Source of the DNA: Chthoniobacteraceae bacterium
Lineage (GTDB): Bacteria; Verrucomicrobiota; Verrucomicrobiia; Chthoniobacterales; Chthoniobacteraceae
Direction: 5' to 3'
DNA: 64,000 bases
Assembly: GCA_031409655.1 (NCBI GenBank)
Contig: JANNXQ010000300.1
Span: 10,072-74,071, forward strand
Of the stretch, positions 21,210-30,602 are shown one piece after another. A program made the position numbers and the translations under genes. The notes under the pieces were generated by a model. It was not told where the DNA came from and searched no databases. It saw nothing but the letters and a program-made list of their open reading frames with translations. Every line of letters begins with the position of its first letter. Within the stretch, counting starts at the first letter, position 1.

Positions 21210-22295
21210 ATGAAAATGCACCTCACCCCTGTACTCGCCCTCGCGACAGGCCTCCTCATCGCCCAAGCCTCCGCTGGGCAGCAACTCAGTCCGGCGATGG
21301 GCAAGAGCAAAATCGTCGCTCCGGAAGAAGGCGGTCTGCCCATGGGCAACTTCACCCTTGGCACAAAGTTCAGCGAAAGTCTCGCCAGCGGTTATCTCGA
21401 TTCCATCACGCCATTCTGGGCGCCGGGCGATGCGCTCTTTTTCCTGAATACGCGCACCACGGTCGATAGCGACTCACAGTCCATCGGCAGCTACGGCCTC
21501 GGCTTCCGCTATCTCGTGCCGGGGCGCGACGTGATCTTTGGCACGAATGTCTTCTACGACGCGCTGAGCAGCCGGCGCGGCCATGACTACGATCAACTCG
21601 GAGTGGGCGTGGAAATCCTCACGCGCTGGTTCGACCTGCGGGCCAACTGGTACCTGCCCGAAGACGAGATTTACGTGGTCGATCGCTTCGACAGGAAGAG
21701 TAAGACGCGCAACTTCGGCCCCGTCGTCGCAAACGGCAATCAGCTCCAGCAACGCGTCCAGGCCATCAATCGGCGGACCACTTTCAAAAGCTACGAAGGC
21801 GCGCTCGAAGGCTACAATATCGAAGCCGGCTTCCTCGTGCCGGGCGTGGACAAGTATTTCGAACTGCGCGCGTTCGCCGGTTACTACAACCTCGAAGGGC
21901 CCTTTGGGCGAAACTTTGAGGGCTTCAAAGGCCGCCTCGAAGCGCGCTTCCTGCCCGGGATTATCGCCGACGTGGAATACTACGACGACGCGAATGTCAT
22001 GGGCGGCCACTGGATGGGCGGAGTGCGCGTGACCATGCCTTTCTCGATTTTCAACATCGCCCAAGGTCGCAATCCCTTTGAAGGCTTCGGCGAAAGCTTC
22101 CGCCCACGGCAGCGTGAATTCCGCGAACGCATGACGGATATGATCATCCGCTCGCACCGCATCCAGACCACGGAGTCCGATGCGCGGCCAGTAGAGACGC
22201 GGACGACGGAGAAGAATACCGATGTGCCTTTGGGCGAGCTCCCACCAACGCCGCCGCGGAATACCCCGCCGCCGCCGCCGCCGGACGACGAGTAA
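21210..22295 (+). CDS. Inverse autotransporter (intimin/invasin-like) beta-domain protein without passenger
   Basis: Signal peptide; GSYGLGFRY, GTNVFYD, QLGVGVE, DLRANWYLP, GYNIEAG, RMTDMIIRSHRI; ends in a short Pro-rich tail. Confidence 0.75.
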   Translation: MKMHLTPVLALATGLLIAQASAGQQLSPAMGKSKIVAPEEGGLPMGNFTLGTKFSESLASGYLDSITPFWAPGDALFFLNTRTTVDSDSQSIGSYGLGFRYLVPGRDVIFGTNVFYDALSSRRGHDYDQLGVGVEILTRWFDLRANWYLPEDEIYVVDRFDRKSKTRNFGPVVANGNQLQQRVQAINRRTTFKSYEGALEGYNIEAGFLVPGVDKYFELRAFAGYYNLEGPFGRNFEGFKGRLEARFLPGIIADVEYYDDANVMGGHWMGGVRVTMPFSIFNIAQGRNPFEGFGESFRPRQREFRERMTDMIIRSHRIQTTESDARPVETRTTEKNTDVPLGELPPTPPRNTPPPPPPDDE

Positions 22296-22316
22296 GCCTC
22301 TCGGTCCGCCCCCGCG

Positions 22317-22904
22317 CTAGTCGCGAAGCTGCAGCAACCGCGACCATTCGCGGCCTTCCCGTCCGGGATAGGCGCGCACCGGGAGCCATTCGCGCTCCAG
22401 CTTGAAGCGTGGGAGAAAGAGCCGGTCCAGTTCGGCGATCGAGACCTCGAATGGAGGACCTTCATCCGGTCCGCTTTGCCCGGGATCCAGATAGAAGACC
22501 GCGAGCAAATGCCCGCCAGGCTTGAGCGCGCCGGCGACCGCTTCGACGTAGGCCGAGCGTTGCGCCGGGTCGATGGCGCAGAAGCAGGTGTGCTCCCAGA
22601 CCCAGTCGAAGCTCCCGCGCAGGTGCGGCGGGAGATTGAAGAGGTCGGCCAGTTCATACCGCTCGCCACCGGCAGGCGGGATTTTTGCCGTCGCCTCAAT
22701 CGCGGAGGGCGCGATGTCGATGCCGATCACTTCAGCGCCTGTCGCCGAGAGCGCCCGCACGTCGTGCCCGAAACCGCAGCCCGGCACGAGTACGCGACCC
22801 GTGACCACATTCTCCGCGAGGAAATCGACCAGATCTGGACTCGGCGCCCCCTTGTCCCAGGGCGTCTCGCTGGACTGATACTTGGACTCCCAATCGGTCG
22901 GCAT
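22317..22904 (-). CDS. Thiopurine S-methyltransferase-like SAM-dependent methyltransferase
   Basis: DWESKY...TPWDKG, RVLVPGCGFGHD, ADLF, FDWVWEHTCFCAI, GPPF. Confidence 0.88.
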   Translation of the reverse strand: MPTDWESKYQSSETPWDKGAPSPDLVDFLAENVVTGRVLVPGCGFGHDVRALSATGAEVIGIDIAPSAIEATAKIPPAGGERYELADLFNLPPHLRGSFDWVWEHTCFCAIDPAQRSAYVEAVAGALKPGGHLLAVFYLDPGQSGPDEGPPFEVSIAELDRLFLPRFKLEREWLPVRAYPGREGREWSRLLQLRD

Positions 22905-22923
22905 CGCAGGACGGAAGATGGAT

Positions 22924-23682
22924 TCAGCCGCGGCGCCGCCAGATCGAAGCCTGGGCGAGGCTGAGTTGGAACTTGCGCGCGTGTTCGCGAAGGAGAAACG
23001 GGAGATCTTTGGTTCCCACGAGTTCAAAGGTGCTGCCCAGTTCCGCACTCAAGCCAGCGAGCGTCGTGACGGATGAGCCATCCTGCTCGAAGCCGCCGAC
23101 CCAGTTTCCACGCGGCGTGAATTCTTCGAGCCAAGTGTAAGGCGAGGTGATCACGAGTTGCCCACCGGCCCGTACTAGGGACGGCAACCGCGCTAGACAG
23201 CGCTGCGGCTCGCGGAGACGGTCGATGAGATTGGCCATGAGCACGACATCGAACGCGCCCAAGTCACTGCGGAGCGCCATCGCGTCACCGACTTCAAACG
23301 CGACTCGCGCAGTGTCCACACCGGCGGGCCGCAGCGCCATGAGCGGCGTGGAGAGGGCGCCTTCGTCCGTCCGCGCATAGGGCAGCGCGCCCGTCCTGCG
23401 GAGCAATTCCGCCGCTTCGATGAAGCGCTGTGAGTAGTCGATCCCGAGCACCGAACCGCAAGCCCGCGCCAGTTCAAAGGTCGAGCGCCCGACGGCACAG
23501 CCGAGGTCCAGTCCGCGCGCGCCAACCGGGATCGCGTCGACGTTCACACACTCGGTGACGCAGCGGACCGCGTAGTCGAGCACATCGAACGGAGACGGAT
23601 GCGGTGCGTTAATTTCCTCCGCCGTCCCGTAATGGAAGAGAAGATACTCCCCGAGGAGCTTGTCGCTTTCGTAGATGTTCAC
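22924..23682 (-). CDS. Stand-alone methyltransferase resembling the OvoA C-terminal domain (putative mercaptohistidine N-methyltransferase)
   Basis: NIYESDKLLGEYLLFHYG, LDLGCAVGRSTFELAR, GIDYSQRFI, ANLIDRL, ITSPYTWLEEFTP, REHARKFQ. Confidence 0.8.
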   Translation of the reverse strand: MNIYESDKLLGEYLLFHYGTAEEINAPHPSPFDVLDYAVRCVTECVNVDAIPVGARGLDLGCAVGRSTFELARACGSVLGIDYSQRFIEAAELLRRTGALPYARTDEGALSTPLMALRPAGVDTARVAFEVGDAMALRSDLGAFDVVLMANLIDRLREPQRCLARLPSLVRAGGQLVITSPYTWLEEFTPRGNWVGGFEQDGSSVTTLAGLSAELGSTFELVGTKDLPFLLREHARKFQLSLAQASIWRRRG

Positions 23683-23698
23683 GCGCTGACGGTGGACT

Positions 23699-24868
23699 TC
23701 ACTCGCCGAGTAGTCCGCGCATGTAGGCCGCCGGGACGTAGTTCTCGATGAGCACTTCGGTCCGTCCGGCGCGGTGCATCCGCACTTGCGGCACCGCTAT
23801 CTCGGGCGTCTTGCTCGGCGAAAAAAGGATATCGTCGTGCGTGGCGTTCTTCTTATTGGCGAAACGATCCGGCGTGAGTTTCCCGCCGAGATGATCACTG
23901 CGGCCGGTGGCCACGTGCATCGTCCCGAGGATCTTCTCGTCCTGGATGTCCCGTCCTGAAACTGGAAGGACCTGCGTGCCGAAGCCAAGCTCGCCAAGTT
24001 CGCCCGTCACCGGATCGCTCGTGAGTTTGTGATTGTGCGCGGCGATCGTCGCCGGGTTTCCGCGGAGCAGTGTGGACTCGACGATCCGCCCGCCCGTCAC
24101 CCGCATCAGGGCGAGCGTGCCGTCTTCATACTTCATTGGAAACACACCTTCCGCGCCGGCCGGGACATAGTAAATCTCGCCAGCTGGAAGATTCGCAATA
24201 TCCGGTCCGCCGCGGCAGAGACCGTGGCTCTTCTGGGCTTCCTGCCCGGCGAGTTCGAGGCGCAAAGTGCAGCGCTGTCCTTCCACCGCGTAGTCGATCT
24301 CGACCCAATCCGCGCCCGTCATCCCGGTGCGCAGCTTCTCCGCGGTCACGCTCACTTCGTTGTAATCGACCGCCAAACCGGAGTTGAGGATGATTTGATT
24401 CACGCCGTGGAGCGTCGCTCCGCGGAAGCCGTACCTCTTCGCAAAGGCAGTGAGCGGAGCCGTCGCCGAGTAAGTGGAGATACAAAGGATCAGATCGTAT
24501 TTCTTGCAGATGTCTTCCACGAGATCCACCTCCCGCCCATCCGTCGCGTAGCCTTTCTCCGGCAGATCGAGATTGCTGCCTCCCGTGATTTCATAGGCGA
24601 ACATTTCACCACCCTCCAAGCCCAATTCCGCCATCACGCCCTGACGCAGGCCTTGGTAAAAAACGTCGTGCGCATTGCGCTGGATCGAGAGATCGGGGTT
24701 GCGCAAGCAGCGGAAGCCCGTGATCTCGCGCGGATCATCGAGGTCGATGAGAATGCAGACGCGCTCTCCACCTTTCGGCGCGAAGACCGTTTGGAGCAGT
24801 CGGCTGAGGCTGAAGGGAGGAAACTGACGAGGAGTCTTCGCGAGTGTCGGATGGATCGTGGTTAGCAT
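23699..24868 (-). CDS. Thermophilic metalloprotease (M29)-like aminopeptidase
   Basis: ANLPAGEIY, GELGFGT, QDEKILGTMHVATG, HDDI. Confidence 0.7.
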   Translation of the reverse strand: MLTTIHPTLAKTPRQFPPFSLSRLLQTVFAPKGGERVCILIDLDDPREITGFRCLRNPDLSIQRNAHDVFYQGLRQGVMAELGLEGGEMFAYEITGGSNLDLPEKGYATDGREVDLVEDICKKYDLILCISTYSATAPLTAFAKRYGFRGATLHGVNQIILNSGLAVDYNEVSVTAEKLRTGMTGADWVEIDYAVEGQRCTLRLELAGQEAQKSHGLCRGGPDIANLPAGEIYYVPAGAEGVFPMKYEDGTLALMRVTGGRIVESTLLRGNPATIAAHNHKLTSDPVTGELGELGFGTQVLPVSGRDIQDEKILGTMHVATGRSDHLGGKLTPDRFANKKNATHDDILFSPSKTPEIAVPQVRMHRAGRTEVLIENYVPAAYMRGLLGE

Positions 24869-25018
24869 GGGTACTTGGTGGTTAAGGTTGCAGGATGTCT
24901 TACGCCTATCGGTGCGCAAGCGTTGCATCTTCATCCATCGGCTCGGGCACCTCCGGCGGATGCCAACCACGCGCCAGCGAGGTTGCGTTGAGCGCTCCCG
25001 GTGGGCCACGGTGAGTGC

Positions 25019-25861
25019 ATGCTTTGGATGACTCCACGTCGCACTCTCGATCTCAGTCGCCGCGCGCAGATCATGGGCGTGGTGAATGTGACGACGGATT
25101 CATTTTCCGATGGCGGGCAGTTTGCCGACACGGATGCGGCCGTGGCGCACGCACTGCGACTCGTGGAGGAGGGTGCGGAGATCATCGACGTCGGTGGGGA
25201 ATCCACGCGGCCCGGCGCGGTGCCGGTGAGCGAGGAGGAGGAATTGCGGAGGGTCATCCCGGTGATCGAGAAGCTCGCGAAGAGTGGCCCATGCACTATC
25301 TCCATCGACACCATGAAGCCGGCCGTGGCGCGCGCGGCAATGGGCGCGGGCGCGGAGATCATCAATGACGTCACTGGCCTCCGTGACCCCGCGATGCTGG
25401 AGGTCGCGAGAGAGACTGGAGCTGGCGTCGTCGCGATGCACATGCAAGGTCTGCCGCGCGATATGCAGACGGCGCCGCACTACGACGATGTCTGCGGCGA
25501 GATCCGGGAATTCTTTAGACAAACTCTCGACCGGTGCCTAGCCTGCGGGATGATCGCCGCGCAACTCGCTTTTGACCCCGGAATCGGGTTCGGAAAGACG
25601 CTCGCGCACAACCTTGCACTGCTCCGGAACCTTGATTCCATGGGGTTTGGCGGGCGGCCGCTTGTTCTGGGAGTCTCGCGAAAATCCTTTATCGGAAGGG
25701 TGCTTGGTTCGGCGGTGTTGGAAGATCGCGAGTGGCCCACCGTCGCGCTCACGAGTCTGGGACGCAGCCGCGGGGCGAAGGTGATCCGCGTTCACGACGT
25801 GCGGCGAAATGTGGAGTCGCTCCGAATGACTGAGGCCATCCTCACGTCGGAGGCGTCATGA
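25019..25861 (+). CDS. folP: Dihydropteroate synthase
   Basis: IMGVVNVTTDSFSDGG, DVGGESTRPG, INDV, MHMQG, DPGIGFGK, GVSRKSF, RVHDV. Confidence 0.97.
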   Translation: MLWMTPRRTLDLSRRAQIMGVVNVTTDSFSDGGQFADTDAAVAHALRLVEEGAEIIDVGGESTRPGAVPVSEEEELRRVIPVIEKLAKSGPCTISIDTMKPAVARAAMGAGAEIINDVTGLRDPAMLEVARETGAGVVAMHMQGLPRDMQTAPHYDDVCGEIREFFRQTLDRCLACGMIAAQLAFDPGIGFGKTLAHNLALLRNLDSMGFGGRPLVLGVSRKSFIGRVLGSAVLEDREWPTVALTSLGRSRGAKVIRVHDVRRNVESLRMTEAILTSEAS

Positions 25862-26733
25862 CCTTCGCCGATGTGACGCAGTTCGCCGCCGAGTATTGGA
25901 AGGACGCGATCCAAATCGCGCTCCTTGCCGTGGCGATCTACTACACTTGGAATTTCTTCAAGGGCACACCGGGCGCGAACGTGCTCATGGGCTTGGTGAC
26001 GATCTTTCTCGGCGGCACGCTGATCTCGGAATTTTTTGGCCTGCCGGTCATCGGTTGGATTTTCAAATCGTTGTCCGCGGTGCTCATCCTCGCGCTCGTC
26101 GTGATCTTTCAACCGGAGCTGCGTCGCGGCCTCGCCGCCCTGGGCAGTCATCGGCTCTTCTTCGCCGCCTCCGAAAGCCGTGAAGAGATCGACCTGGTCT
26201 CAGAGATGACCTTCGAACTGGCCAATCGGCAACTCGGCGCACTGATCGCTCTGCAGCACAGCCAGGCGCTCGACAGCTTTGCGGAAAACGGCGTGAGCCT
26301 CGACTGCGCGCTTTCGGCAGAGCTCGTCGTCACGATTTTTTTCCCGAAGACGCCGCTCCACGACGGTGGCGTGATCGTCCGCGGCGACCGCATCACCGCC
26401 GCCGCGTGCATTTTCCCAGTGAGCCAGCGCCAGGATCTCGACCGCACGCTCGGCACTCGCCATCGCGCGGCGCTCGGCCTGAGCGAACAGACGGACGCGA
26501 TCGTGATCGTGGTCTCGGAGGAGACGGGGATCGTTTCGATTTGTTACGGCGGGCATCTGGAAAGAAACTTCGACCCCGAGAGCTTTCGGCGCCGGCTTGG
26601 CGAACTCCGCTCCTTGAAGAATGAAACATCTGATAACGAACCAATGGCAGGCAAAGATCGTGTCGCTCGCGCTCGCCGTAGTGCTGTGGGCAGTCATTCG
26701 AAAGAACATCGAAACGACCACCTTGCCTTCTAG
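25858..26733 (+). CDS. cdaA: Membrane diadenylate cyclase CdaA/DacA
   Basis: Three N-terminal TMs, VIFQPELRRGL, GALI, TPLHDGGV, LGTRHRAALGLSEQTDA, VSEETG; ATGA overlap with folP. Confidence 0.94.
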   Translation: MTFADVTQFAAEYWKDAIQIALLAVAIYYTWNFFKGTPGANVLMGLVTIFLGGTLISEFFGLPVIGWIFKSLSAVLILALVVIFQPELRRGLAALGSHRLFFAASESREEIDLVSEMTFELANRQLGALIALQHSQALDSFAENGVSLDCALSAELVVTIFFPKTPLHDGGVIVRGDRITAAACIFPVSQRQDLDRTLGTRHRAALGLSEQTDAIVIVVSEETGIVSICYGGHLERNFDPESFRRRLGELRSLKNETSDNEPMAGKDRVARARRSAVGSHSKEHRNDHLAF

Positions 26734-26806
26734 AATACAGATTCAACCAGAGAAGCAGAACTTCCAATTTGAGATCACCCGCGATGGAAAAACCCCGGCA
26801 AAATAA
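26621..26806 (+). CDS. Miniature CdaR/YbbR-like membrane protein (61 aa)
   Basis: NQWQAKIVSLALAVVLWAVI resembles the CdaR N-terminal TM signature; lies between cdaA and glmM. Confidence 0.6.
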   Translation: MKHLITNQWQAKIVSLALAVVLWAVIRKNIETTTLPSRIQIQPEKQNFQFEITRDGKTPAK

Positions 26807-28199
26807 CGAGACCGCAACCCCGAAGGCTCGGAAGATTTTCGGAACGGATGGCGTCCGGGGGATGGCGAATATCGAGCCCGTGACGGCCGAGACCGCGCTG
26901 AAGCTGGGTCGGGCCGCGGCGCACGTTTTCGCCCAGACCAGCTCCCAGCGGCATCCGAGCGGCCGCACCACGATCGTCGTGGGCAAGGACACGCGACTCT
27001 CCGGTTACATGCTGGAAAATGCGCTCGCTGCCGGGGTCATGTCGCTCGGCGCGGATGTGCTCTTCATCGGCCCGCTGCCCTCGCCGGGCGTGGCCTACAT
27101 CACGCGCTCGCTGCGCGCGGACGCCGGTATCGTCCTCAGCGCCTCGCACAATTCGTACGAGGACAACGGCATCAAATTTTTCCGCCACGACGGCTACAAA
27201 CTCGACGACGCGATCGAACAGGAGATCGAAGGGCTCGTCTTCAGCGGCGAGATCGAGAATGTGCGCCCGACGGCAAACAAAGTCGGGCGCGCCCGGCGCA
27301 TCGACGATGCCATCGGGCGTTACGTGGAATTCGCGAAGCGGAGCTTCCCGCGGCAGATGAATCTCGAGCATCTCCGGATCGCGATTGATGTCGGCAACGG
27401 GGCTGCCTACAAGACCTCGCCGTTCATTTTGCGCGAGCTGGGAGCGGATCTGGTCGTCGCCCACAACACCCCGAACGGACGCAACATCAACCACGAGTGT
27501 GGAAGCACTTACCCCGAGGAGATTCAGCGAATCGTGAAGGAAACGAAGGCCGACGTGGGGATCAGTCACGACGGCGATGCCGATCGCGTGCTGCTCTGCG
27601 ATGAAAATGGTGAAGTGGTCGATGGCGACGAGATCATGGCCATCGCGGCGATCGACTACCTCCGCCGCGGTGAGCTCGCCAAGAACACGCTTGTCGCAAC
27701 GGTGATGAGCAATTTCGGCCTCAATGAAGCGCTCGAATCCCGAGGCGGGAAGGTGGTCAGGACCAAAGTCGGCGACCGTTACGTGATCGAGGAGATGATG
27801 AAGCAGGATCTCAATGTCGGCGGTGAGCAAAGCGGCCACATGATCTTCCGGGATTTCTCCACCACGGGCGACGGCATCGTGAGCGCCCTGCAGATCCTGC
27901 GCATCATGGTCGAAAGCGGAAAGCCGCTCAGCGAACTCAAGCAGTGCTTGAAAAAGTATCCCCAGGCCCAGCGCAACCTCCGGGTGCGCGAGAAAGTGCC
28001 GCTCGAGAAGCTGCCGAAGGTGGTCCAACTGGTCGAGGAAGCCGAACGCGAACTCGCAGGTAGTGGGCGGGTGCTGCTGCGCTACTCCGGTACGGAACCG
28101 AAGATCCGCTTGCTCATCGAAGGCCGCGACGGCGACCGCATCAATGCGCAGGCCGACCAGATCGCCGGAGAAATCCAGGCGTCGATCGGCGCGAGTTGA
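26784..28199 (+). CDS. glmM: Phosphoglucosamine mutase
   Basis: FGTDGVRG, GKDTRLSG, SASHN, DGDADR, TVMSN, GGEQSGH, RYSGTEP. Confidence 0.97.
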   Translation: MEKPRQNNETATPKARKIFGTDGVRGMANIEPVTAETALKLGRAAAHVFAQTSSQRHPSGRTTIVVGKDTRLSGYMLENALAAGVMSLGADVLFIGPLPSPGVAYITRSLRADAGIVLSASHNSYEDNGIKFFRHDGYKLDDAIEQEIEGLVFSGEIENVRPTANKVGRARRIDDAIGRYVEFAKRSFPRQMNLEHLRIAIDVGNGAAYKTSPFILRELGADLVVAHNTPNGRNINHECGSTYPEEIQRIVKETKADVGISHDGDADRVLLCDENGEVVDGDEIMAIAAIDYLRRGELAKNTLVATVMSNFGLNEALESRGGKVVRTKVGDRYVIEEMMKQDLNVGGEQSGHMIFRDFSTTGDGIVSALQILRIMVESGKPLSELKQCLKKYPQAQRNLRVREKVPLEKLPKVVQLVEEAERELAGSGRVLLRYSGTEPKIRLLIEGRDGDRINAQADQIAGEIQASIGAS

Positions 28200-28200
28200 C

Positions 28201-28833
28201 GTGCGCCTTTTCCTCACCGGGACGGACACTGGCGTCGGCAAGACCCACGTCGCTGCGCTGCTCGTGCGCAGCCTGCGGGCGGCAGGACTCGACAGCGTCG
28301 GGATGAAGCCGATCTGCTGCGGTGATCGCGACGACGCAGAAATCCTCCACGCCGCCGCGAACGGCACCGTCCCGCTCAACGACGTGAACCCAGTGTGGCT
28401 CCGCGTCCCGGCAGCACCCTACACCGCCGCGATGATCGAGAATCGCCCGATCGATCTGGCATTGATCCGCGAGAGCTTCGAGCGGCTCAGTGCATCGCAC
28501 CGCTCATTGATCGTAGAAGGCGTGGGCGGCTGGCGCGTGCCGATCACGCGCGATTACTTTTTGAGCGACCTCGCGGCCGAATTTGCCCTGCCGATTGCCG
28601 TCGTCGCGGCCAACAAACTCGGCGCGATCAATCACACTCTGCTCACGGTCGAGGCGATCCGCGCGCAGGGACTCACCTGCGCGGGAGTGATCCTCAATCA
28701 AGCCACGCCCGCCCGCGAATGCCCGACCGTCGCCGAAACGACGAATCGTGCGGTGCTTGAGGAAATGCTCCCCGTGCCAATCCTCTTCGAAATCGTCCAC
28801 GGCCAGCGCACCCTCGAAGTCGGGGTCGCCTGA
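28201..28833 (+). CDS. bioD: Dethiobiotin synthase
   Basis: LFLTGTDTGVGKT, MKP, VEGVGG, LGAINHTLLT, GVILN. Confidence 0.93.
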   Translation: MRLFLTGTDTGVGKTHVAALLVRSLRAAGLDSVGMKPICCGDRDDAEILHAAANGTVPLNDVNPVWLRVPAAPYTAAMIENRPIDLALIRESFERLSASHRSLIVEGVGGWRVPITRDYFLSDLAAEFALPIAVVAANKLGAINHTLLTVEAIRAQGLTCAGVILNQATPARECPTVAETTNRAVLEEMLPVPILFEIVHGQRTLEVGVA

Positions 28834-28845
28834 CGCTCCCACGCC

Positions 28846-29463
28846 TTACGGCAGTTCCTCGATCACGATATCCTTGTAGGAAGCTTCGGCCGCGCCTCCA
28901 CCGTGAATCTGCACGGCGATCACCCCTTTCTCGGCGATGCCGGCCTCGGTCTCGGTGTAGTCCACGGTCTTGAGGCCATTGATCCAGAGTTGAATGTGCG
29001 GACCTTCGCAACGGATCGTGTAGTCGTTCCAATCATCGAGTTTCAGGACCTTGAGCACCGCGTCTTTGTCCGGTGCTGCGAGAACTTTCTTCCGCCGCGA
29101 CTCGTCATAGAGCGCGCCCCAATAGCCATCTCCCAAATCGGCCTGGAATCCGATGACTTCGAAGTGATTCGGGATGCGCGCGGAACGAAACTGCACCCCC
29201 GCATTCACCTGCCCCGATTTGCCGACAAGTTTGAACTTGAGCCGCAACTCGAAGTTTCCGAACTCCCGAGTGGTACAAAGAAATTCATTGTGCGGAACTT
29301 TTTCGGCCAGCGAGCCGCCGACAAAAGCTCCATCCTCGATCCGCCAAGTCTTCCCGATATCTCCCTCCCAACCGGCGAAACTCTTCCCGTCAGAGAGCGC
29401 GATTGGCGCGGCTTGGGAACCGGCGGCAAAGGCAACGGCAGCGAGAACGAGAAGGAATTTCAT
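28846..29463 (-). CDS. DUF1080 (3-keto-disaccharide hydrolase-like) secreted protein
   Basis: Signal peptide; DGKSFAGW, FGNFELRLKFK, NAGVQFRS, WNDYTI, GVIAVQIHGG. Confidence 0.88.
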   Translation of the reverse strand: MKFLLVLAAVAFAAGSQAAPIALSDGKSFAGWEGDIGKTWRIEDGAFVGGSLAEKVPHNEFLCTTREFGNFELRLKFKLVGKSGQVNAGVQFRSARIPNHFEVIGFQADLGDGYWGALYDESRRKKVLAAPDKDAVLKVLKLDDWNDYTIRCEGPHIQLWINGLKTVDYTETEAGIAEKGVIAVQIHGGGAAEASYKDIVIEELP

Positions 29464-29519
29464 GCTGCGAAACCTATGGCTGCCGCGACCCCCCGAGAAA
29501 AGCTCGCCCCTCACCCCTC

Positions 29520-30299
29520 TTAGCCAACGGCACTGTCTTCCGAGCGACGCCGGACTCGACCGTGCGTGAACACCCCGAGAAGCATCACCCCTCCAAGCGG
29601 CAAGAGCGCGGAGACTTCAGGAATCGGCGACGGACCTGCCAACGCCCCATTGAACGTCATATTAAAAGTGATCCCGTCGTTGAAATAGTGGCAATCGGGA
29701 TCGAAGCCAAAGGCGATCGTTCCGTCGGAGAGATACTGGTTCAGCTTCGTCAGTTCGGAGCCGGAGAAGGTGTATTCCCAAGTGCTGGGTGTCATGGTGA
29801 ATGACTTGCCGAACAACTTCGTATCGGCGGTTCCCGGAGCGAGTAACCAATTCGGGTCCGAATGATTTCGGGCGCTCATGAAATCGTCAGTGATGTCCGT
29901 CACCGGGGCGCTGGTCGTCGGATCATCCACAAAGGAGGCGACGCCCGCGTTTAAGGCACCATCCAAGAGATGACCGAAAAGCTTGTTCGTATTCGCGTCC
30001 CAATTCCGAATATTGCTAAAAGAAATCGTCGCGGAGGTCACCGTCTCGCGAGGGAGGTTGTCGAGCCGCCACGTGTAGATCATGTGATGATCGAGGTCAT
30101 TCAGATCGACCGGATTTGGCGAGTAACTAAGCGTGGTCAGAACCGCCTGCGAAGATCCGATCATGGCCAACAAAAGAGCCCCGAACAAGGAAAGCACCGA
30201 GACGGTGCGCCGCGAAGAAACAATCCGAGTCACGCGCTCGTGCGCGCTCGACTCGAGTTCATCTGGATTCCTGTGACTGCTGGTATTTGTTTCGATCAT
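29520..30299 (-). CDS. PEP-CTERM-like surface protein (IPEV variant)
   Basis: Hydrophobic signal ...SSQA; Asp/Thr/Asn-rich body with FGFDPDCHYFN; C-terminal PIPEVSALLP, TM and RVRRR. Start uncertain. Confidence 0.75.
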   Translation of the reverse strand: MIETNTSSHRNPDELESSAHERVTRIVSSRRTVSVLSLFGALLLAMIGSSQAVLTTLSYSPNPVDLNDLDHHMIYTWRLDNLPRETVTSATISFSNIRNWDANTNKLFGHLLDGALNAGVASFVDDPTTSAPVTDITDDFMSARNHSDPNWLLAPGTADTKLFGKSFTMTPSTWEYTFSGSELTKLNQYLSDGTIAFGFDPDCHYFNDGITFNMTFNGALAGPSPIPEVSALLPLGGVMLLGVFTHGRVRRRSEDSAVG

Positions 30300-30602
30300 T
30301 TGTCTGGCCTTAAACGCAGCCTCTCTAAACCAGGCAGGAAAGGAGGCGACGAAATCGCTGCCACCAAACTTTGCCTGGAACTGCCGCGAAGGATACGCCC
30401 AATCCGCCACGCGACAAAAGCTGAAAACGGACGAATAAGCGCTGGGAAAGAGGCGCGCTGATCAGTCAGTGTCTGTCCTACAGACCCCGACCCCTGCGAG
30501 AGCCTTTGGGCCTTCGTGCCAAGGGCCGCAAATACGACAATCATCGCACCGAGTGAGGGATGCATTAAAAGTGAGATTTTCTGGGGGGTCTTTCTTCCGC
30601 GG

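Noticed and set aside
22924..23682. Complete ovothiol biosynthesis cluster
   Set aside because: Only the methyltransferase-like domain is present; there is no sulfoxide synthase in the window.
30300..30600. Structured ncRNA or sigma54 promoter upstream of the second PEP-CTERM-like gene
   Set aside because: TGGCAC is present on the minus strand but lacks the TTGC at the required spacing; no riboswitch consensus recognised.
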